From a candidate division FCPU426 bacterium (GTDB lineage Bacteria; Oederibacteriota; Muellerivitia; Muellerivitales; Muellerivitaceae), in contig CAWCKJ010000004.1 in assembly GCA_963796105.1 (NCBI GenBank), forward strand, positions 1,024,001 to 1,088,000: DNA of 64,000 nt, written 5' to 3'. Position 1 is the first letter of the stretch. Every line of letters starts with the position of its first letter. The notes beneath the pieces are model-generated. The model saw only the letters and a list, made by a program, of their open reading frames with translations, was not told the origin of the DNA and did not search any database. This document shows, piece after piece, positions 50,232 through 60,470 of this stretch. The position numbers were made by a program, and so were the translations under genes.

Positions 50232-51026
50232 ATGTTGCCTAAGGAACACGGGGCCTGGGTTGCTCTTTTAGTCTCTCTTTTTACGGGATGGATTGTCCTT
50301 GATTCCTTCCATCCTGCGGCATTCGCCGCGAGCCTTTTGTGGGTTTCGGGTTTCATCCTGCGCTCTCCGGCCTTGACCGCCCGGCAATACTGGAGGACGG
50401 ACCCCAGGCGGGCCAAGAAAGCCGCGGCTTTTTTCTTTTTCCTGTTAGCCCTATTCATCGGGTCGGCCATTGTTTTTTTCGGGGGAGCTCCCGCTCCCGA
50501 TATTCAACTGGTCCTGGGGGCGGGAATCCCGCTTGGATTGTTGATTTCCTTGATCGCGGCCTGGAGGAGAAACCTCAGGGCATTGTGGGTGGAAGTCCTG
50601 GGATTCGCGGCCCTTTGCCTACTCGCTCCAGCGGTTATTCTTTCCGATCCGAAAATGGAACTGGCCGGAGCCCTTCAAATTTATGTTTTATCCGCCGGGT
50701 ATTTTATCCTGGCGCTTTTTTACGTGAAGGTCCGGCAGAATTGGCTGGCACGGTCCAGGTCCGGGGAAAAATTCACCTGGGTGTCACGGGCTCGTTCAGG
50801 GATGGGAACCTGTCTGGCCCATATTTTATTCCTAATCATAGTAGCTGCCTTCGCGCCTTTTCCTTTTCTGGTCCTGGGACCGCTTTGGGCCGCGGCCAGG
50901 ATAGGGTTTGGGATTTTCCTGGGAAAACCGGATCTTCCTATCATGAAATTGGGCGTCCGGGAGATGATCCATTCACTGGTTTATTTTGGGATCACCGTGG
51001 TTATATGGAAATTTCATTTTTCCTGA
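50232..51026 (+). CDS. YwiC-like membrane protein
   Basis: N-terminal PKEHGAW and C-terminal LG..E motifs. Confidence 0.85.
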   Translation: MLPKEHGAWVALLVSLFTGWIVLDSFHPAAFAASLLWVSGFILRSPALTARQYWRTDPRRAKKAAAFFFFLLALFIGSAIVFFGGAPAPDIQLVLGAGIPLGLLISLIAAWRRNLRALWVEVLGFAALCLLAPAVILSDPKMELAGALQIYVLSAGYFILALFYVKVRQNWLARSRSGEKFTWVSRARSGMGTCLAHILFLIIVAAFAPFPFLVLGPLWAAARIGFGIFLGKPDLPIMKLGVREMIHSLVYFGITVVIWKFHFS

Positions 51027-51056
51027 GAAGTGAAATAGGGCCCGCTTTAATCGGCT

Positions 51057-51572
51057 TTAATTTTCCTCGTCACTGGCAAGGTTGGGAGTGTCCTGTATGG
51101 CATAGGTCAAAAGACGGCAAAGCTGGTTTTTTTCCTTCTCCTCCACCACCCGGTCCAGTTCGGGATATAAAATCCGGTTTTCCCGCACCGAATGCTGTTC
51201 CATGTATTTCTTGAATTGGGCCTCATCGTCGAATAGGGCGATGATTTCCTTCCAATTGGAGTCGCTTCGGCTCAATCGGGAGGCCCTCAGGACCAGGCGG
51301 TTGAACCACTCCGTAATTTTCTGGTGGTCCGAGGAAAAAGCCTCGGTTTCCCCTCCGTGAACCTGCGCGGCCCTCTGCTGGTAGAGCGGAAGAAGAATCT
51401 CATCCTCCTCCTTCATGTGGTTGAAAAGGGCTTTTCCCAAGGTCTTCAACATGGCCCTGGCTTGGGTGTAATCACCCTTGAGGATTGCAACCTGATGGTT
51501 CTCGAACAAGTCGTGCATTTCGAGGTGGATCTGGTTCAATTCCAGAAGAGTATGTGGGTGGTTTTCCGCCAT
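51057..51572 (-). CDS. Hemerythrin (HHE) domain protein
   Basis: HM.EED.ILLP, DHQKI, H..RE..ILYP; paralog of 35967-36443. Confidence 0.85.
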   Translation of the reverse strand: MAENHPHTLLELNQIHLEMHDLFENHQVAILKGDYTQARAMLKTLGKALFNHMKEEDEILLPLYQQRAAQVHGGETEAFSSDHQKITEWFNRLVLRASRLSRSDSNWKEIIALFDDEAQFKKYMEQHSVRENRILYPELDRVVEEKEKNQLCRLLTYAIQDTPNLASDEEN

Positions 51573-51860
51573 TGGACTGTCCCTCGGAGAATTCCCAAGC
51601 CTCTGGGAAATGGATTTAGATGTATGACTGGGATTCTAGATTTATTGGAAGTTTCTTAAGTATGACTAGTCTCATAGTATTCGAGGCCCCTGGAAACAGG
51701 GATGAGGTCTTTGAGGTAAAAATTCTTGAAAAACGTGATTCTATATGGCGGCCTTGACGAAATTTAAGCTTTTGCCTATGGTCATAAAGGAATATGATTT
51801 TAAGGCATTAATAAGTTTGAAATATTAATTTATGGTTACCACGGGTAAGTAGCCGGAAAG

Positions 51861-53240
51861 ATGCCTGGCCTTATGGAAGAGTCCCACGAGATTCAGCTGA
51901 AACAGCTTCTCTGGTTCATCCGCCTGCGATGGGTCGCGGTGGTAGGGGGAATTTTAATCCTGCTTCTGGCGCCTTGGTTCGCGCCTTTTGAGATTCAATT
52001 CCCCAAGTTGGCCCTTTGCCTTATCGTTTTGGGATTATTGAATATGGGGTATCTAGTCCGGTACCGCGCGTTGAGAACCCCCGCGGAAGTGAAACCTGAT
52101 TTTTTGAAAAAAATCACCAGGTTTTTCCATTTTCAAATGCTGGGGGATTTGGCCCTTCTGACCCTCATGATTACATTCAGCGGGGGAGTCTCGAATCCCA
52201 TCTTTTTCTTTTATCTCTTCCACATGGCCATCAGCACCATGGTTTTTTCCCCGCGCCAAAGCCTGGCCTACGCTTTCCTGGCCCTGGTTCTTCCCTGGGC
52301 CCTTTTCCTCCTGGAACCCTTCATCGCTGGGATGGGGGGGCTTTGGAAAGACGCACCGCTGCAGGAAGGAACCCAGAAGGAAGCCTTGCTGGCGGCTTAT
52401 TCCGTCACGGTTTTCGGGCTTTGGTATTTTCTTTCCCGCCTGGCCGCCGACTTGAGGGCGAAGCAAATGGCCCTTCGCGAGGCCGGGAACAAACTCCAGG
52501 CGGCCAACGAGGAACTCAAGCAATTGGACGTTTACAAGAACCAATTCCTCCGCCAGGTGGTTTTCCAGCTGAAAAAACCCGCCATTGAAATGGATTATGA
52601 GCTATCCACCGTGGAGAAATCCCTGCCCAAGAAAAACGAGACAGCCGCTTCCGCGATCCAAACCGCCAAGAAGCACATTTGGTCCCTTTTGGAGTTGATC
52701 GACGACTTGGTATGGCTTTCGCGGACCCAAATTCAGGAAATGAACATTCAAAAGGAATGGATGGATGTCTATGAGGTTCTCCTGAGCCGGGTGCAGGCCG
52801 TGGAAGGCGAGGCAAAGAAAAGGAACATTGAATTCCAACTCCAGGGGGAACCCCATATCCGCCTTCACGCCGACAAGGAAGCCTTCGGCAGGGTGGCCGA
52901 GAATCTATTCTCGAACGCCCTAAAATATTCCCCGAGAGGGAAGGGGCCCATCCTAGTGGAATTCAAGGCCGCGGGTGATTGGCTGGTCATGGCGGTCGAG
53001 GACAAAGGCATCGGAATACCGCGAAAACAGCAGGAACGTCTCTTTGAGGAATTCTTCAGGGCAACAAACGCGAGGAACCAGGAAAAATTCGGCACCGGTT
53101 TGGGGCTTTCCATCGTCAAGCAGATCCTGCAGGGGCATGGCGGAAAGGTCACTGTGGCCAGCGAACCCAAAAAGGGCACGAGGTTTGAGACTTGGTGGCC
53201 CTATTCGCCAGCCGGAATTAAAACCGATACCTCGGCTTAA
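51861..53240 (+). CDS. Membrane sensor histidine kinase-like protein lacking the phosphoacceptor His
   Basis: LRW N-terminus, multiple TMs; N/G1/F/G2 boxes intact; H-box reads FLRQVVFQLKKP. Confidence 0.85.
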   Translation: MPGLMEESHEIQLKQLLWFIRLRWVAVVGGILILLLAPWFAPFEIQFPKLALCLIVLGLLNMGYLVRYRALRTPAEVKPDFLKKITRFFHFQMLGDLALLTLMITFSGGVSNPIFFFYLFHMAISTMVFSPRQSLAYAFLALVLPWALFLLEPFIAGMGGLWKDAPLQEGTQKEALLAAYSVTVFGLWYFLSRLAADLRAKQMALREAGNKLQAANEELKQLDVYKNQFLRQVVFQLKKPAIEMDYELSTVEKSLPKKNETAASAIQTAKKHIWSLLELIDDLVWLSRTQIQEMNIQKEWMDVYEVLLSRVQAVEGEAKKRNIEFQLQGEPHIRLHADKEAFGRVAENLFSNALKYSPRGKGPILVEFKAAGDWLVMAVEDKGIGIPRKQQERLFEEFFRATNARNQEKFGTGLGLSIVKQILQGHGGKVTVASEPKKGTRFETWWPYSPAGIKTDTSA

Positions 53241-53292
53241 GGAAATTTCTTTTTCCGCCGGCTGAGATGCGTTTTTCCTTGAAAATTTTCTC

Positions 53293-53760
53293 CTAAGCGA
53301 CCCCGGAAGTCAGGTTGGTTTGAAGATACTTGAAAACCAGCCTACGCAGCTTTTCACAGTTTTCCCCATAAGCGTAAAGCTGGCATCGCCCTCCCCTGGA
53401 GGGGTTGAACTCGACCACCAGTGTGGCCGGGGAACCGGGCGGGAGCTGGGTGATAAATTTCGAGAGCTCGCAGTTCTCCAGGATCAAGCGGACATTGCGC
53501 AAACCCTCCAAACGATGAATCTCCAAATCGTTGTGGGCCAGGAATTGCCTGGCTTCCAAACAGTATTCTTTCGAGAAAAACCAAAGACTGTCCCACTCGG
53601 TTATTTTTTGGTTTTCCTCGTTGGATTGGGAGACGAAGACGTCCTCAATGGGCTCGGGAACCAAACGGGAGGAGAATTGAAGGATATCCTTAAGCCTATT
53701 GAGGTTGGGTTCCGAGATCAGCCCCATTTTTTTGAAATACTCGTCAAAAGACTCATTCAT
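53293..53760 (-). CDS. Hypothetical protein
   Basis: GGAGAG RBS, 155-aa ORF, no motif recognised. Confidence 0.6.
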   Translation of the reverse strand: MNESFDEYFKKMGLISEPNLNRLKDILQFSSRLVPEPIEDVFVSQSNEENQKITEWDSLWFFSKEYCLEARQFLAHNDLEIHRLEGLRNVRLILENCELSKFITQLPPGSPATLVVEFNPSRGGRCQLYAYGENCEKLRRLVFKYLQTNLTSGVA

Positions 53761-53823
53761 GGCTGCTCTCCAAAATTTCTTCCCCTATTAGAAATTTATA
53801 TAGGGGATGGGAATTGAAAGGGG

Positions 53824-53839
53824 TATGACTTCTGTCATA
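53824..53839. promoter_or_regulatory. TATGAC-N4-GTCATA palindrome (perfect)
   Basis: TATGACTTCTGTCATA; recurrent intergenic motif. Confidence 0.7.
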
Positions 53840-54241
53840 CCTTGTCCAAACTGGACGTTTGGGGAAGGTTTTTAATAAAAGGGAGTCAAGTTCGGGCGCG
53901 GAATGAGATTATATTCAGAGCCATTCTCAAAATTTTTTTCTAAAACCGCGTCTTTAAGGATATTTTTTTGATTTTCTTTTAAGCGCGGGATTGGGTTTGA
54001 GCGGTTTCAGCGTTGGATGCGGGGCTTCTTTTGGTGAATCGCTTTGTTGTTTCAACCATGAGTGGTATCCGGAATGAGGTGCGGGGGATGGGTTTGTATT
54101 TTTGCCGTTAAAACCCAGGGTCGCGGCTTTCCACTTTCGGTGTTGTTCCTCGAAAAAACTTTTCAGAATTTTGGAATCCATAAAACACCTGGCTAAAATG
54201 AAGTGCTTAAAAGTAAAGTACTTGACAGACGACTGTTGTAT

Positions 54242-54257
54242 TATGACGTAAGTCATA
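54242..54257. promoter_or_regulatory. TATGAC-N4-GTCATA palindrome upstream of acs (perfect)
   Basis: TATGACGTAAGTCATA, just downstream of TTGACA at 54222. Confidence 0.7.
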
Positions 54258-54414
54258 GGGGTAGCCTAAAAAGAGGGGAGAATGACTTTCCCCTGAAGAA
54301 ATCAGGGGTGCCATTAAGCAAAAGGGTTAGGAGAAAAACTAAACTTTTTAACCTTAATTGTCAGGACGGCAAAAGTTTAGAAAACATAGAACTAAAATTT
54401 TCCAGGGAGGAAAG

Positions 54415-56394
54415 ATGACACCGCAGGAACAGTCCATCACAACATTTCAAAAGGATTCCCAGATTTTCCCGCCGCCACAGGACGTGGCAGCGAAAGCTTT
54501 TATAGGATCATTTAAAAAATACCAGGAGATGTACGACCGTTCAATCAAGGATTCCAAGGGGTTTTGGCTGGAGCAAGCCAATTCCGAACTTCAATGGTTC
54601 AAGAAGCCGGCGAAGGCGCTGGAATACACCTGGGACACGGCTAAAAGGGTTATCCAGCACACCTGGTTCGAGGATGGCGAGTTGAACCTTTCCGTGAATT
54701 GCCTGGACCGCCATCTCGCCAAGCTCGGGAACAAGGTCGCGATCCTATGGCAGGGCGAGAAGGATGAGGAAGTCCGTAAGATCACCTATATCGAACTGCA
54801 CAAAATGGTCTGCCAGTTCGCCAACGTTCTCCTGGCGAAAGGCATCAAAAAAGGGGACCGCATCTGCGTTTATATGCCCATGATCCCAGAGGCGGCGGTC
54901 GCCATCCTAGCCTGCGCCAGGGTGGGTGCCATCCACTCCTTCGTTTTCGGCGGGTTCAGCTCCGAAGCGTTGAAAACCCGAATCCAAGACTCCGAGAACA
55001 ACATGGTCATCACCACAGACGTGAGCTACAGGGCGGGGAAATCCATCGGCCTGAAAACCATCGTGGATGAGGCCATGAAGGAATGCCCCTCGATCAAGAG
55101 CGTGATCGTGTACCAAAGGGGCGATGGCAAGGTTAACATGCAATCCGGGCGCGATTCCTGGTGGCATGACGACATCAAGAACGCCAGCCCCAAGCACGAG
55201 GCCCAGCCCATGAAGGCCGAGGATCCTCTTTTCATCCTTTACACATCGGGTTCCACGGGAAAGCCCAAGGGCGTCCTGCACACCACGGCGGGATACCTCC
55301 TACACTCTGCCATCTCCTTCAAGTACATCTTCGATTACCATCCGGAAGACATTTACTGGTGCACCGCCGACATCGGCTGGGTGACGGGGCATAGCTACAT
55401 CGTTTACGGGCCACTGGCCAACGGAGCCACCACCCTGATGTTCGAGAGCGTTCCCACTTATCCGGACGCCGGGAGGTTCTGGCAGGTCGTCGCCAAACAC
55501 AAGGTTACCATCTTCTATACCGCTCCCACGGCTGTCCGGTCCCTCATGCGCGAGGGCGAGCAGTGGCCCAACAAGCACGACCTCAGCTCCCTGCGGATCC
55601 TGGGTTCGGTGGGTGAGCCCATCAATCCCGAAGCGTGGCTCTGGTACCACCGCAATATCGGGAAAGGCCGCTGTCCCATTGTGGATACCTGGTGGCAGAC
55701 CGAAACGGGGGGCATTTTAATCACGCCCCTTCCGGGCGCCCATACGCTGAAACCCGGGAGCGCCTCGCGGCCCTTCTTCGGCGTGGAACCCGTGGTGATG
55801 GACAACAATAACAAGGAATGCGCGGTGAATGAGGGCGGAAAACTCTGCATCAAGAAGCCCTGGCCCGGGATGGCACGCACCATGTGGGGCGACCACAACC
55901 GCTTCATCGACACCTACTTCACGGCTTTCGCCGACCTTTACTACACCGGCGACGGCTGCCGGGTGGACACGGATGGGGACTATTGGCTCCTGGGCCGGGT
56001 GGATGACGTGGTGAACATCTCGGGACACCGCATTGGCACCGCCGAGGTGGAAAGCGCCCTTGTTTCCCATCCCAAGGTCTCCGAGGCCGCGGTGGTGGGT
56101 TACCCGCACGACATCAAGGGCTCGGCGCTTTACGCCTACGTGACCCTCAAGGAAGGCGTGACGCCCTCCGAGGAATTGAAGAAGGAACTGGTCCAGCACG
56201 TGCGCAAGGAAATCGGGCCGATCGCCCAGCCGGACAAGATCCAATTCGCCGAGGGAATGCCCAAGACCCGGAGCGGCAAGATCATGCGCCGGATCCTTCG
56301 AAAAATCGCCGAGAACGACACGAGCAACCTGGGGGACACCTCGACACTGGCCGATCCGAGCGTCGTGGACAAGCTGGTGAAAGGGAAGCTGTAA
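54415..56394 (+). CDS. acs: Acetyl-CoA synthetase (AMP-forming)
   Basis: [32 protein letters not shown]. Confidence 0.97.
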   Translation: MTPQEQSITTFQKDSQIFPPPQDVAAKAFIGSFKKYQEMYDRSIKDSKGFWLEQANSELQWFKKPAKALEYTWDTAKRVIQHTWFEDGELNLSVNCLDRHLAKLGNKVAILWQGEKDEEVRKITYIELHKMVCQFANVLLAKGIKKGDRICVYMPMIPEAAVAILACARVGAIHSFVFGGFSSEALKTRIQDSENNMVITTDVSYRAGKSIGLKTIVDEAMKECPSIKSVIVYQRGDGKVNMQSGRDSWWHDDIKNASPKHEAQPMKAEDPLFILYTSGSTGKPKGVLHTTAGYLLHSAISFKYIFDYHPEDIYWCTADIGWVTGHSYIVYGPLANGATTLMFESVPTYPDAGRFWQVVAKHKVTIFYTAPTAVRSLMREGEQWPNKHDLSSLRILGSVGEPINPEAWLWYHRNIGKGRCPIVDTWWQTETGGILITPLPGAHTLKPGSASRPFFGVEPVVMDNNNKECAVNEGGKLCIKKPWPGMARTMWGDHNRFIDTYFTAFADLYYTGDGCRVDTDGDYWLLGRVDDVVNISGHRIGTAEVESALVSHPKVSEAAVVGYPHDIKGSALYAYVTLKEGVTPSEELKKELVQHVRKEIGPIAQPDKIQFAEGMPKTRSGKIMRRILRKIAENDTSNLGDTSTLADPSVVDKLVKGKL

Positions 56395-56432
56395 TCAACT
56401 TTTAACAGGGTTGATTTTCCAAGATAGGTCAT

Positions 56433-56471
56433 AAAAAAAGCGCGCTTTAGTTTTCCTAAAGCGCGCTTTTT
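56433..56471. terminator. Bidirectional terminator
   Basis: AAAAGCGCGCTTTAG/CTAAAGCGCGCTTTT stem. Confidence 0.85.
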
Positions 56472-56536
56472 ATTTAAGACCGAAGAGGCCGACCGTTAAA
56501 GATAAATCCAGAAGGCTGTCTCTACCTCGTTAAAAC

Positions 56537-58108
56537 TCAGAACCGATACCAGGCCGAGACTTGGCAGCGATGGCCCAGCCAAAGCTGGTCCGTTTCGCCC
56601 GCGTGTATATAATTCGTGGCGATTCTGGCGTATTCCACGGCCACCCGGATGTTGCTGGTGAAGTCGTGCATCAGGTTTGCGAACATGACCTGGTCGTCGT
56701 TGTAGGACCCGGCAACCAATGCAGGCGTCTTCAACGTTGGGCTCCAGGCCGACAAGCCCCCGATATTGGGGGAGAAAATCTCCCCGTAACCCACCGTCAG
56801 GAAGGTGCCCCAGCTCTTGGGCCCGTGGATCTGGACCTGTCCGTTCCAGCTTTGCACCTTGATGAGGGTGAAATTGTTGTTGGGGTCGAACCCCGCGATT
56901 CCGGCGTCCAGGTTCGGAGCGGCGGTGCCACTTGCTGAATTATTTGCGTTAGCCAGTGCCGGCAGGCCGCCCGTCCAGTAGGGGAACATGTCCCCATCGC
57001 CGGTGCCAGTGGTCCATTCGCCAGTCGCCACGGCAGAAGGACCATCCTCGCCGTCAAAGGGAAGAAGCGGGATCAAGGCGTCAATCGCCAGACTTTGAGC
57101 CCAAGTGTAGTTATTCAAGTCATAATTACCTGGATTGTCACCGCTGGTGGGCCAGGTATAGTTCCTGTCGGTACCGGAAACAACTACGCTGAAAGGAACG
57201 GTGTTGACGGGGCCTGTGGCCAAACCAAAACGCCCATTCCAACCGCCGATGCTGAATTTCAACGCGCCATTCAGGTTGGGGGTTTGCGAGTCGCGCTGTT
57301 CGGGCCGGTCGGCCGAAACGGCGAGCTGTACCTTCACGTCCTCCCCAAGTCCCAAGGTGTCGGAAACACGTAGCTGGGGAGTCCGCTCGTAGAGTACGCC
57401 CATGTAGGGGGCCACGGAAACGGAGGCCAGGATATATTCCATGTTCCACCCGAACAAAGTCCAATATTGCCCGGCCATGATATTCAAACCGTCCTTCTCG
57501 GCCGAAACGTAGGCGTGGCGGAGGCCCAGGGTGGGATAGGTGTACCAACTCGCCTCAGAATAAGTCGAGGTCAGGCTGGTCGGGGCGGACATGTAAGTAG
57601 GTGCCGGGTCATAACCCTTGAAGTCAACCTCGACGTAACCCTTGGTCTTCCAGCCGTCGATCAGCGGGGCCGTGGCCAGGAAGGAAAGACGCGAGTCCCT
57701 CATGGAGGCCAGGGATTCCCCGTTGTTGCCGGTATAAGTTCCGGCCTTCAGGACGGGACCATTCCCTACTACCTCGGCGAAGGAGTGCGTGTCATCCTGG
57801 ATCGCGTCCAGTTCGGCGAATCCATGGATCTCGACTTTCACCGCGTTTTCCAAAGCCGAAACCTTTTTGGATAAGGACTCCAGGGATGGAGTCTCGGCTG
57901 AAGGGACTGCCTTAGTGACTGCCGTAGGGACGGCGGTCGGCGCGGTTGTTGGAACAACCGCCGAGGCCGCCGGAGCTGGGGCAACCGCGGCCGTTTTTGT
58001 CACGGCCTGAGCTGGCGCGATGTTGTCCGCCAGTGCAGGGGAAGCTGACAGGATCAGGGAAACCCAACCAGCCGTGACCCAAAACATTAAAAACAAAATC
58101 CGTTTCAT
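56537..58108 (-). CDS. Outer-membrane porin, DcaP-like
   Basis: Signal peptide, AP linker plus coiled coil, G...LD, SRL.F, LRHAY, GQ.W..F, R.PQLR, terminal YRF. Confidence 0.7.
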   Translation of the reverse strand: MKRILFLMFWVTAGWVSLILSASPALADNIAPAQAVTKTAAVAPAPAASAVVPTTAPTAVPTAVTKAVPSAETPSLESLSKKVSALENAVKVEIHGFAELDAIQDDTHSFAEVVGNGPVLKAGTYTGNNGESLASMRDSRLSFLATAPLIDGWKTKGYVEVDFKGYDPAPTYMSAPTSLTSTYSEASWYTYPTLGLRHAYVSAEKDGLNIMAGQYWTLFGWNMEYILASVSVAPYMGVLYERTPQLRVSDTLGLGEDVKVQLAVSADRPEQRDSQTPNLNGALKFSIGGWNGRFGLATGPVNTVPFSVVVSGTDRNYTWPTSGDNPGNYDLNNYTWAQSLAIDALIPLLPFDGEDGPSAVATGEWTTGTGDGDMFPYWTGGLPALANANNSASGTAAPNLDAGIAGFDPNNNFTLIKVQSWNGQVQIHGPKSWGTFLTVGYGEIFSPNIGGLSAWSPTLKTPALVAGSYNDDQVMFANLMHDFTSNIRVAVEYARIATNYIHAGETDQLWLGHRCQVSAWYRF

Positions 58109-58268
58109 GTTGTCTCCTTGAAAATTTTTCACCTTTTTTTATTTTCCGCGCTTGCCCAAAAATTTTTTGACAAACTTGGCGCCGGATCATTTTTAAAGGC
58201 GTCCGTCATATGGTTAAAAAAACCAGATGACGAATTTGCTCATTACATTCCCATGAGCGTGTCCTCTG

Positions 58269-58284
58269 TATGACTTGTGTCATA
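58269..58284. promoter_or_regulatory. TATGAC-N4-GTCATA palindrome in the divergent porin / CoA-transferase promoter (perfect)
   Basis: TATGACTTGTGTCATA. Confidence 0.7.
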
Positions 58285-58573
58285 GATATTGAATGATCTT
58301 TGGTCGGGAAAATAATTCCGTGCTATAGTGATTGGGTATTCCCTCCCGAAAAATTTATTCGTGAAATAAATCGGATCGGCATTTATTTATCGTCCGGGGG
58401 ATTTTTTTTGTCTGGAGCCTTGGAACCGGGGAAAAACCCGGTTTTATGGTTTCCGCCGGTTAAAAACAACCGCCGGGAATGAATTCGAGAGCTTTTTGGG
58501 TTAAAAATGCAATGGGCATGAGTCCCGCAGGCTGGTACCGCCCTTGCCAAATTGTTGAGGACCTAAATTCATC

Positions 58574-60469
58574 ATGGAAGCAGAACGCCAAAATTTCTTC
58601 GAAAAACTAAAAATGGAGTATCCCTCCAAGTTTTCCAATGAAGACAACATCTTCAAGCATATCCATCCAGGCGACCGGATCTTCATCGCCACAGGCTGTG
58701 GGGAACCACAATACCTGGTTGGTGCCCTGATCCAGTTCGTCGAAAACCACCCCAAGGCTTTTTTCGACACCGAAGTTATCCACGTCTGGACCCTGGGGCT
58801 GGCGCCTTACACCGACAAGAAATTCAAGCAGAATTTCCGGCATAATTCCTTCTTTATCGGCAATAACACCCGGGAATCGGTCAATCAGGGCCTTGCGGAT
58901 TACACCCCCATCTTCCTTTCCCAAGTACCCGACCTGCTCAAGCGAAAGGTGGTGCCGGTGGACGTGGCCTTGATCCAGACCAGCCTTCCCGACGCCCATG
59001 GGTTCATGAGCTTGGGGTTGAGCGTGGACATCACCAAGGCCGCCACCGAGAACGCGCGCCTGGTCGTCGCCCAGACTAACATCGAAATGCCCCGGACCCA
59101 CGGGGACACATTCATCCATATCAACGACGTGGACTTCGTCATCCGTCACGACGAACCTCTCTTGGAGTACGAACCCCAGGTTTCCGACGAAATCGCGCAA
59201 AAAATCGGGAAATTCGTGGCGCGTTTCATCGAGGATGGGGACACCATCCAGGTAGGTTATGGAAGTCTTCCCAACGCCATTCTGGCCAACCTGCGCGGAA
59301 AGAAACACTTGGGGGTGCATACCGAATTGATCTCGGACGGGATCGTGGATCTCATAAAAGAAGGGGTGATCGACAACTCCCTGAAAAACCTTAACCCGGG
59401 CAAGGCTATCGCCAGCTTTTGCATGGGCAAAAAGGCCACCTACGAGTATATCCACGACAATCCCAGCATCGAGTTCAAGCCCATTGACTACACCAATAAC
59501 CCGCTTGTGATCGCCAGCAACCACAACATGACCGCCATCAACACCGCATTGGCCGTGGATTTGACCGGACAATCCACCGCGGAATCCCTGGACCGCGTTT
59601 TTTTCAGCGGGGTGGGGGGCCAGGCGGATTTCATGCGGGGGGCGGTGCTTTCCCCGGGGGGAAAAACCATTCTCGCCATCCAATCCACCGCGGACAACGA
59701 AAAGGTCTCCCGGATCGTGCCCTTTCTCCACGAAGGGGCAGGGGTCACCCTGACCCGGGGAGACATCCAATACTTGGTCACGGAGTACGGCATCGCCTAC
59801 CTGCACGGGAAGAACGTGCGGGAACGCGCCATGGACATCATTTCCATCGCCCATCCCAAGTTCAGACCCTGGCTGATCGAGGAGTCCAAGAAAAACAACC
59901 TAATTTACCGCGACCAGGCTTTTATTCCGGGCAAGCGGGGAGAATATCCTGAGAGCCTTGAGACCCACCGTACCACCGAGTCGGAACTGCGTTTACTTAT
60001 GAGGCCCGTAAAAATCAACGATGAACCCCTGTTGAAGGATTTCTTTTATTCCCTTTCTGACCAGAGCACCTACCGCCGGTTCATGTCGGTGCGCCGTGAC
60101 ATGCCCCATGAGAGACTCCAGGAATTCGTGGTTATCGACTACAGCAAGGAAATGGTGATCCTGGCGATCCGGGAGGATCCGGAACGCGAGGAAATCGTCG
60201 GGGTCGGACAGTACGGCATCCAGGAAGACCGCCATGTTGCCGAGGTGGCCTTCGTAGTCAAGGACAGCTACCAGAACCAGGGGGTTGGGACCGAGCTCTT
60301 GGAGTACCTGACGGTACTGGCCAAGAAACAGGGGCTTTTTGGCTTTACGGCCGAGGTTCTTCCAGACAATACCGCCATGCTCCATCTTTTTGAGAGCCAG
60401 GGTTTTGACGTCGAGAAGCGAACCAGTTCAGATGTTGTGGATCTCAAGATGGCATTCAAGGCTGGATGA
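58574..60469 (+). CDS. Acetyl-CoA hydrolase/transferase fused to a GNAT acetyltransferase
   Basis: LGVHTE, GGQADF.RGA, VTEYG.A.L.GK; C-terminal AEVAFVV.D.YQNQGVG..N.AM. Confidence 0.92.
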   Translation: MEAERQNFFEKLKMEYPSKFSNEDNIFKHIHPGDRIFIATGCGEPQYLVGALIQFVENHPKAFFDTEVIHVWTLGLAPYTDKKFKQNFRHNSFFIGNNTRESVNQGLADYTPIFLSQVPDLLKRKVVPVDVALIQTSLPDAHGFMSLGLSVDITKAATENARLVVAQTNIEMPRTHGDTFIHINDVDFVIRHDEPLLEYEPQVSDEIAQKIGKFVARFIEDGDTIQVGYGSLPNAILANLRGKKHLGVHTELISDGIVDLIKEGVIDNSLKNLNPGKAIASFCMGKKATYEYIHDNPSIEFKPIDYTNNPLVIASNHNMTAINTALAVDLTGQSTAESLDRVFFSGVGGQADFMRGAVLSPGGKTILAIQSTADNEKVSRIVPFLHEGAGVTLTRGDIQYLVTEYGIAYLHGKNVRERAMDIISIAHPKFRPWLIEESKKNNLIYRDQAFIPGKRGEYPESLETHRTTESELRLLMRPVKINDEPLLKDFFYSLSDQSTYRRFMSVRRDMPHERLQEFVVIDYSKEMVILAIREDPEREEIVGVGQYGIQEDRHVAEVAFVVKDSYQNQGVGTELLEYLTVLAKKQGLFGFTAEVLPDNTAMLHLFESQGFDVEKRTSSDVVDLKMAFKAG

Positions 60470-60470
60470 A

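Noticed and set aside
53954..54256. Basic 100-aa ORF upstream of acs
   Set aside because: Low complexity, overlaps the acs promoter and operator, and has no motif
58607..59854. 415-aa antisense ORF and similar shadow ORFs (e.g. 5165-6097, 50339-51214, 61704-62483)
   Set aside because: They overlap well-supported genes and are expected from GC-rich codon bias
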